64,000 nucleotides of DNA from Euryarchaeota archaeon UBA89 (lineage in GTDB: Archaea > Thermoplasmatota > Poseidoniia > Poseidoniales > Thalassarchaeaceae), in contig DAFS01000037.1 in NCBI GenBank assembly GCA_002495525.1, forward strand, positions 19,103 through 83,102, given 5' to 3'. The notes beneath the pieces are model-generated. The model saw only the letters and a program-made list of their open reading frames with translations, did no database searches and was not told where the DNA came from. Position 1 is the first letter of the stretch; the number at the start of each line of letters is the position of its first letter. Below, piece after piece: positions 57,493 to 64,000 of the stretch. The translations under genes were made by a program, and so were the position numbers.

Positions 57493-59618
57493 TTGTAAAC
57501 AATTGGTAAGAATGCATTAGCTGCATCTTCACAAGAGTTAGCAACATCATCAAGTCTCTGCAATACTCTGTACATATGTACTGCTGCAAGAGGGTCATCA
57601 ACACCTTCTCTAAATACAAACCCTGCTGCACGACTTTCAACTAAGTCTGCCTCATGTTCTGCAAGGTTTACCTGATGAATCAGTTCTCTTAACTCAATTC
57701 TTCCCTTCTTAGTATTTCCAGAAAGTGTTAGATCTCTTAGATGTAAAACTGTATCTTCGTAAAGTGCTGCAGTCTTTTGTACAGCCTCTGCCATCTCGAT
57801 TACCATTTTTCTTGCCTCTTCATTATTGTAAAGTTCTCTGAAAGATAGTTGTTCTGCAACATTTTGTGCATAATCTGCTATCCTATCTTGCCTTCCAAGC
57901 ATGTAAAGGAACTCATCGCTGTCTATCAACAGCTTCCAGCCCTTGCTGCTTACTTTCTCTCTCAGTGCATTTTTGATATCATCTGCTTTCAATTCAGCCT
58001 CAATTGTAGCATTGATTTCTTCAGATGCATCTTCTCCTGATGCGCTCTTTTTTACAGCGGTCAACATGTGCTCAACAGTTTCCTCTACTGCCTCAGCATG
58101 AGTGTGGAATAATTCGAAAACTGTAGGGTCATATTTTCCACCGTCTGCACCAGCATCTGCTAATGCATCTTCTACAAATATTTCATCGCCACTAGTTTTC
58201 CAAATGACATATCCTACTAATAAGAATGAGATAGGAAGTACTACAATCAATTTCAATGGATCTGAGCCCATGGCAACATAGAGTGTTACTGCACCAAAAC
58301 CTGCTGCTGGGAGGCTTGCTACCCATGATGCTGCAATCTTACCAAACACTTTGAAATCCACATTCTTTGCTCCTCCAGCCAAACCGACTCCTACTACCGA
58401 CCCAACCAGTGTGTGAGTAGTTGATACAGGCACTGCCAGGAATGGCATTGAGAAAATTAGGATTGTAGTTGCTGCCCCAAACTCGGCAGCGAATCCTCTT
58501 GTTGGTGTAATATCGGTAATCTTAGTACCTATTGTTTCCATTACTCTCCATCCCCATGTTACTACACCGACAGCAATACCTACGGAACCAAGTAGCACCA
58601 ACCAAAGTGGAACATCTACCTTAGCTGCTAAATCTCCACCACTAGATAGGATATCGTAAACTGCAGCCATTGGTCCGATTGCATTAGATCTGTCATTAGC
58701 TCCATGAGCGAATGCAACATATGCAGCAGTGATTATCTGTAACCAAACGAAAATTTTCTCTACACCTTGGAAGCCTTCTCCTTGCTTCTTGAAATCATAG
58801 TCTCTCAGAACATACCAAAGTATCATAGATGCAATACATCCAATGATAAATGCTACAATTAGAGAGTTTATAGGGAACCAAGCATTTTCTGCGAATGGGT
58901 CGAAAACTCCATTCTCTTTCACTGGCAACCAGTCGTTCTTATCGTCAATCCATCCTTCTGAAGCTGCTCTTGAGATGAATCCTTTTAGTGCCTTAAATTG
59001 TAATGCTAGACCTAATGTGAAGAATGTAGGCAAGGCAAGAATCGGCGCTAACCATCTAGATCTCGCAATCGGATCATCTGCTTCAAGAATACTCGCACGG
59101 ACAATGAAGAATGTGATGAATGCAAGAATACCACCCATTAGTGGGCTTGCTACCCATGACATGACTACTTTTCTCACAACTTCCCAATCTATTAGTGAAG
59201 CATTATGTTGTACTTCCAGAACTAACCCTACACCAACTATTCCACCAATTATTGAATGCGTTGTTGAAACTGGCAGTCCGAAGCGAGTCGCAATTGTCAA
59301 CCAAACTGCTGCAGCCATCATTGCAGCAATGAATCCGAACATCAAATCATTTGCAAATGCATCTGTGACTAGAGCTTCATCTGCGAGATCGATATTTAGA
59401 ATGCCCTTTCTGACAGTATCTGTAACTGCATCACCTGCAAAGAAAGCTCCGCAGAATTCGAACACAGCAGCAATAATAACTGCCTGCCTTAATGTTAGCG
59501 CACGGGAACCAACTGAAGTCCCCATTGCATTAGCAACATCATTTGCACCTATGTTCCATGCCATGTAGGCACAAACAACAATTGCTAGTATAAGGACGAC
59601 GGTCATAATCGGTTCCAT
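57489..59618 (-). CDS. pit: Inorganic phosphate transporter (PiT) fused to C-terminal DUF47/PhoU-like domain
   Basis: GANDVAN, PVSTTH x2, HGAND..N, G.RV..TIG; C-terminal E..AD..K...R, D.IAD...., E..AD, L..VAN.CED. Confidence 0.9.
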   Translation of the reverse strand: MEPIMTVVLILAIVVCAYMAWNIGANDVANAMGTSVGSRALTLRQAVIIAAVFEFCGAFFAGDAVTDTVRKGILNIDLADEALVTDAFANDLMFGFIAAMMAAAVWLTIATRFGLPVSTTHSIIGGIVGVGLVLEVQHNASLIDWEVVRKVVMSWVASPLMGGILAFITFFIVRASILEADDPIARSRWLAPILALPTFFTLGLALQFKALKGFISRAASEGWIDDKNDWLPVKENGVFDPFAENAWFPINSLIVAFIIGCIASMILWYVLRDYDFKKQGEGFQGVEKIFVWLQIITAAYVAFAHGANDRSNAIGPMAAVYDILSSGGDLAAKVDVPLWLVLLGSVGIAVGVVTWGWRVMETIGTKITDITPTRGFAAEFGAATTILIFSMPFLAVPVSTTHTLVGSVVGVGLAGGAKNVDFKVFGKIAASWVASLPAAGFGAVTLYVAMGSDPLKLIVVLPISFLLVGYVIWKTSGDEIFVEDALADAGADGGKYDPTVFELFHTHAEAVEETVEHMLTAVKKSASGEDASEEINATIEAELKADDIKNALREKVSSKGWKLLIDSDEFLYMLGRQDRIADYAQNVAEQLSFRELYNNEEARKMVIEMAEAVQKTAALYEDTVLHLRDLTLSGNTKKGRIELRELIHQVNLAEHEADLVESRAAGFVFREGVDDPLAAVHMYRVLQRLDDVANSCEDAANAFLPIVYN

Positions 59619-59651
59619 GTCATTTCCGACTAATACTTGGTTTATGACTTT

Positions 59652-59667
59652 TAGATTATATAATCTA
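59652..59667. promoter_or_regulatory. Perfect 16-bp palindrome TAGATTATATAATCTA in the pit/phoU divergent promoter (candidate operator)
   Basis: Self-reverse-complementary, checked base by base; function inferred from location only. Confidence 0.45.
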
Positions 59668-59739
59668 TATAGTTAGTAATAAAAAAGCATTACTGCGCTT
59701 CATCTATAATTATATATACTACTATTGGGTCATCATATT

Positions 59740-60786
59740 ATGTATTCAAAGACAGGCACGAGTTCTGAAGTTAGGAAAATTCAACTAACTGGAGGTTCAA
59801 CATATACAGTTAGTCTTCCTAAAAAATGGATTATAGAGCATGGTTTAGAAGCTAGAGATCAGATTAGGATTGAATGGAGACCCTCAGGAGCCCTTAGAGT
59901 AATTGCCGACACATCAAACTTACTTAGAAAAAGGGAAGTAAAGATTGATTGTGAGATTATACCTGATCATATGATTTTTGATCATCTCATTGCTGCATAT
60001 TTATCTGGTGCTGATAAAATCAAAATATTCTCAAATAATGAATTTTCCCGTATTCAAAGCAAAGTTTTTCGTGATTTTGTTCGTTCTACTCGTGGCCTTG
60101 AGATTGCTAATGATCAAGGCAACATGCTCGAAATGATTAGTTTACTAAATCCTTCAGAAATGCCATTAAATTCTAGTATTAACCGGATGTATTTACTTAT
60201 ATCGAAACAAGTAAGAGACTTTTCAGAGGTACTTACCGGTGATAATCTAGAAATTCTTGATGACTCTAGCGAAAGAGAGAATGAAGTAGATGCATTAAGG
60301 CTGTTACTTGAGAGGCAAGTAGGTCAAATTCTCGAATCGGCTAGCATAGAAGATTCTCTCGGAACTTCAAGATGGGAGGCGTCCGAATTATGTAAGTTGG
60401 TTAGGACATTGGAAAGAATGGGTGATCATAGTTATGCATTATGCGACCTAGCTAAAAATCATGCAATCCCCGAGTCTTTGAGTTTGTCATCAATGCCTGT
60501 TTCCTTAATTCCAATTTGGCAACAATCAATGAAATTATTAGTTTCTAATATCAAAAAGAGAGATATTTCTGAAGTACATATTGCAAAATCAAATCTAATC
60601 TTAGCTCAAAAAGAACTTATTCAATACGAAGAAGAACTAAGAGCTAGCGATATTGCTATTAAAGATGCTTTATTCTTAGATCGAATATCCGAATCTCTCA
60701 GAAGAATATGTGCTTATTCGATTAATATGGCTGAAATTTTAATGAATATACAAACTCATAGAGATTCCGTAGAAGTTCAACTGTAA
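59740..60786 (+). CDS. phoU: Archaeal phosphate uptake regulator (AbrB-like N-terminus plus PhoU domains)
   Basis: RKIQLTGGSTY.VSLPK.W, AAYL.G, GLEI, E.EVD, LER.GDH, RI..Y..N.AE. Confidence 0.9.
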   Translation: MYSKTGTSSEVRKIQLTGGSTYTVSLPKKWIIEHGLEARDQIRIEWRPSGALRVIADTSNLLRKREVKIDCEIIPDHMIFDHLIAAYLSGADKIKIFSNNEFSRIQSKVFRDFVRSTRGLEIANDQGNMLEMISLLNPSEMPLNSSINRMYLLISKQVRDFSEVLTGDNLEILDDSSERENEVDALRLLLERQVGQILESASIEDSLGTSRWEASELCKLVRTLERMGDHSYALCDLAKNHAIPESLSLSSMPVSLIPIWQQSMKLLVSNIKKRDISEVHIAKSNLILAQKELIQYEEELRASDIAIKDALFLDRISESLRRICAYSINMAEILMNIQTHRDSVEVQL

Positions 60787-60835
60787 ATCTATCATCTACA
60801 GGATAACTTACAAGTAAAGTCTTGAAACAAGTATC

Positions 60836-61333
60836 ATGAAGAAGGGAGCAATCCTAACGATTGCAGTTTCTACTTTCTTGATTATTCTCTCATTTACCAT
60901 CTTTATAGCTGGAAGTTTGATTTTAGATAGGGACCTATCTGATGAATCAATATTCAGAGGAGATAGTGGCGAGGTATTCGTTCGATATCATGACACATAT
61001 TCGGTTTATGTCGACGATAATTACAGTTGTTCTGAAACTACAGTGAGTATTCATGATGATGAATGGGAATATTTCTTTGAGGATTGTGATTTTAGTTATG
61101 TAGATGGGGATTGGAGATACATTGGTTATCTTAATCCAGATGTATCAAAAAATTTACAGGTAGAATCAAATAATGAAATAATTATTGTAAATGATCTTGC
61201 AGATGCAAGTATTATTTTCACCACTTTTTGCTCACTACCAGTTTGTTGTTCAGGTATTATTGGTATTTTTATTGGTATTCTATTACTAACACGCAGAGAT
61301 AAAAAAAGAAAACAAAAAATTATCTTCCAGTAA
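60836..61333 (+). CDS. Hypothetical membrane protein (two TM, acidic loop)
   Basis: N- and C-terminal hydrophobic helices, basic C-terminal tail. Confidence 0.6.
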   Translation: MKKGAILTIAVSTFLIILSFTIFIAGSLILDRDLSDESIFRGDSGEVFVRYHDTYSVYVDDNYSCSETTVSIHDDEWEYFFEDCDFSYVDGDWRYIGYLNPDVSKNLQVESNNEIIIVNDLADASIIFTTFCSLPVCCSGIIGIFIGILLLTRRDKKRKQKIIFQ

Positions 61334-61336
61334 TTT

Positions 61337-62788
61337 CTAGAAAACTATTGTTGAAACCATTTCTGGTTCTGTTAGGTAGATAAATAATCCAATTCCTGCA
61401 AACATCATCATCCATGAACCAATTGCTTTAATCAATCCTGTAGAGCTTCTTAGATATCCAATCATCGCTTGACGTCCGAAACTGACTAGAGCAGTAACTG
61501 CAATCATCAGGAAACTTACAGAGATCATTAAGCCAACAAGTCCGAAGATGAACTCAGTCCTTCCTACTACTGCTAACCATCCAATGAATGGGAAAACTGC
61601 AGCCGCTGTACAATCCACAGATGCTGCAGAGTAACCTATCCCCCAGAGGTACATATTTCTTCTAGGCGTGAATACTTCATCGCTGTCTTCATTTGTTTGA
61701 TACTTATCAATAATGTTCTGTACTTTTGAAAGTAAATGTGATGTCCAACCAAGAAGCATTAGTGCGCCTAAAATAATTAATAGGACGGCGATAGCAATAG
61801 CAATTTTATGTAGATAACCAGATAAATTAAAGATTTCAGATAGACCAAAAATGATTATTCCAACTATTGCAAAGAATGTCAATTGCCCTAAGGCAGCATA
61901 CCCACCAATTGCTAATGGTCCAGGCATATTACCTACAATTTTACCATTATTTCTGAGTTCCTCTTCTCTCATCCCTAAACTTAGAGTGTAAGTAATGTAT
62001 GAAGGTAAAACCGGGAAAGCACATGGACTAAAGTAGACTAAGAATCCTAGGAATAAACCTATTATGAATACTCCATAAGTTGACCTATCTGTTTTCTCGA
62101 TTCCAAATCTTAAATCTGATGCGTCTCCATTATTTGCTTTCTCAATAGCATTATCGAAAGATTTCCATCGATCTAAAGGCGTCCCAGTATTTTCTTTTGC
62201 AACTACATATCCTTCATGGTCAATTACCAGAGCCAATGGTATTAGTTGAGCAGAGTAATATTCTACAAGGTCACCTCTTGTTCCATTTTCTAGAATGATT
62301 GTTTCTGAACCACCATTTGTCACAATCCAATTCATGAATTTATCAGACTCTGAATCACCAAATGTTGAGTTGATCTGTTCGAATGTTTCCAAACTATACC
62401 AAGTTGCTACTGAAACAACAATTACGGGATATTCGCCCTCAAGTCCTCTCCAATCATCGATATTTTGTTCTATATGTTCCTGAACATAGTGACAATTAGC
62501 ACAATCAACTGCCATGAAATCTAAGATTACTACATTCCCTCTTAGTTCGGATAGTTGTAGAGTGCCATTTTCAATATTATGAGAATCATCTATCCCAGTC
62601 CTGTTCATAGTTGGTGCTACAAAATCAGGGACAGTTTCAATATCGTCTGAAACACCATATATCGATGATGATAAACCAAAAAGTGACAAAGATGCAAAGC
62701 CAATGATACAAAATAGTACTATACCAATTAAGAAAGCTTTCCAAGTCTCTTGCTTTTTGAGAACGCTAAAGTCCAGACTTGCGCTCAT
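61337..62788 (-). CDS. Thioredoxin-like (redoxin) - CcdA fusion
   Basis: PDF, LSELRG.VVILDF...CxxC, P...VID..G; CcdA-like FSPC.FP.LP.Y and second Cys (xCT) in the TM half. Confidence 0.82.
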   Translation of the reverse strand: MSASLDFSVLKKQETWKAFLIGIVLFCIIGFASLSLFGLSSSIYGVSDDIETVPDFVAPTMNRTGIDDSHNIENGTLQLSELRGNVVILDFMAVDCANCHYVQEHIEQNIDDWRGLEGEYPVIVVSVATWYSLETFEQINSTFGDSESDKFMNWIVTNGGSETIILENGTRGDLVEYYSAQLIPLALVIDHEGYVVAKENTGTPLDRWKSFDNAIEKANNGDASDLRFGIEKTDRSTYGVFIIGLFLGFLVYFSPCAFPVLPSYITYTLSLGMREEELRNNGKIVGNMPGPLAIGGYAALGQLTFFAIVGIIIFGLSEIFNLSGYLHKIAIAIAVLLIILGALMLLGWTSHLLSKVQNIIDKYQTNEDSDEVFTPRRNMYLWGIGYSAASVDCTAAAVFPFIGWLAVVGRTEFIFGLVGLMISVSFLMIAVTALVSFGRQAMIGYLRSSTGLIKAIGSWMMMFAGIGLFIYLTEPEMVSTIVF

Positions 62789-62914
62789 AACCTTCCTAGA
62801 GCACGTTAGTTTTTCATACCGGCGTATTATAGATTCTAATAATTACAATTTTCAAGCGAAATTCGTAATTGCCTATACTGATAATTCAAGTCCTTTACTA
62901 CACTCAAGTGAATT

Positions 62915-63700
62915 ATGGCTAAACCGTGGGCACCCAGTCATGTATCAGAAGTTGCTAAAGGCCTGGGGATTGATCACCGGATTAGTGGTGAAGTAAAGGA
63001 GAAGTTAGTTGAGATGTTACATCTAAGGCTTAAGCAAATCACTCGAGAAATGGAGGAAGAAACTTTGCTAAATGAGCCGGGTAAGAAAACCCTATCCGAT
63101 CCAAATAGGACGAGACTCGGATTTAGCCGAACCAGAGGCCTAATGATAGAAGAGATTGAAAATGTAGAATCAGTTAGTTCCGCAGCAGTGGTTAATGCAA
63201 ATGAGATACTTGAAAACTATCTCAAAAACTCTCTTCTTTCGGCTGCTGAAGAAGCTGATAATGAGAAAGTAGGTACAATAAAAATTAGGCATATGTCCAC
63301 AAAAACGACTTCTTCGGATAATATTCAACAAACTGAAACATCATTAAATGAAAGTTCTGAAGAAGTTAGTGTCTCTAATGGTCAAAAAATTGAATCATTA
63401 TCTCCAGTTAACATCAAGAATATCATGAAACAATTATCTGGTAAGAAATTAGATAATGATGCGGTAGAAGAATTACTACTTCTCTACTACGATTATGCTT
63501 CTGATTTAGAATATAATCTTCAAAAGAATATTCAACAAGGTGACTTATCTTCGATTAAAAATTTATTAGAGAAATATGAGAAATTGATGATGCTTGGATG
63601 GATGAGGAGAATCTTGAAATCAGCATCTGAAAAAGCAGATTATGAGAACTCTAACTCAATCAAGATTGAACATATCGTAGCGATAGATCCTTGGTCTTGA
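62915..63700 (+). CDS. Putative multi-histone-fold protein (three tandem folds)
   Basis: Three segments align by eye with the HMf pattern (RVS..A / A...A...GRKTIK.EDI): RIS...GKKTL; SVS.AA...AAEEA...KVGTIK.RH; KLDNDA...ASEKA....SIK.EHI. Confidence 0.65.
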   Translation: MAKPWAPSHVSEVAKGLGIDHRISGEVKEKLVEMLHLRLKQITREMEEETLLNEPGKKTLSDPNRTRLGFSRTRGLMIEEIENVESVSSAAVVNANEILENYLKNSLLSAAEEADNEKVGTIKIRHMSTKTTSSDNIQQTETSLNESSEEVSVSNGQKIESLSPVNIKNIMKQLSGKKLDNDAVEELLLLYYDYASDLEYNLQKNIQQGDLSSIKNLLEKYEKLMMLGWMRRILKSASEKADYENSNSIKIEHIVAIDPWS

Positions 63701-63702
63701 AA

Positions 63703-63915
63703 TCAATTCATGAAATCGTTTTCAAAATGATTATCTAGAAGTTCTAGAACTCCAGATACATTTTCATGGACCTCAAATAATGTATTATCTGCGGTGTAAA
63801 TTAAGAGTACTTCTCTTTCTCCATCCTCTTCTTTGATAAATTGATATGCACAGATTGATTGTACACGAATTCTTGTAGGTCCTAAGTCAGTCATTGCTTT
63901 AATCCACATGCTCAT
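63703..63915 (-). CDS. Small hypothetical protein
   Basis: 70-aa ORF with beta-rich composition, convergent on the histone-like gene; no recognised motif. Confidence 0.55.
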   Translation of the reverse strand: MSMWIKAMTDLGPTRIRVQSICAYQFIKEEDGEREVLLIYTADNTLFEVHENVSGVLELLDNHFENDFMN

Positions 63916-64000
63916 GATTCCAGCGGCGGATTAGTAAAGGTTTTAATCATTTTCATGTAATGAGTTTCTGTTTTACGGTAAAATAATTATTTATTTATCA

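Noticed and set aside
58843..59568. 241-aa plus-strand ORF
   Set aside because: Antisense shadow of the well-conserved pit gene; no motifs.
1..64000. tRNA/rRNA genes
   Set aside because: Intergenic gaps inspected by eye show no cloverleaf or T-loop consensus and no long GC-rich non-coding tract; tRNAscan-SE would be decisive.

Overview
AT-rich, gene-dense archaeal chromosomal segment. Archaeal markers (LonB, NMD3, Csl4, L40e, UPF0147, archaeal-type AspRS, TrmI, METTL5-like, PINA-like ATPase) occur together with many bacterial-type genes and large membrane-anchored secreted proteins (S8 protease, RCC1/TSP3 mosaic, CARDB/cadherin protein). This combination points to Marine Group II Euryarchaeota (Ca. 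Poseidoniales, probably a low-GC Thalassarchaeaceae/MGIIb lineage; inference). Housekeeping content: sufCBD plus nfu, ccmAB-C-D, tmk, asd, purA, pruA, aspS, thiBPQ, and pit with phoU. I found no rRNA, tRNA, CRISPR array or mobile element. Four short ORFs and one window-truncated ORF missing from the track were read by hand: L40e, a CcmD-like protein, a Cys-rich microprotein after sufD, a tail-anchored peptide and a secreted protein at the left edge. Most notable: (1) a compact TPP riboswitch whose P4 strand contains the thiB Shine-Dalgarno; (2) a single protein with three tandem histone folds; (3) an exosome Csl4 fused to a second Zn ribbon and an RRM; (4) a stand-alone bacterial-type FabH lacking the ACP-docking Arg; (5) a five-gene formyltransferase/SDR/LLM/class-3-asparaginase-like/ALDH8-like operon of unknown substrate. 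All family assignments are motif-based by eye; no database searches were run.
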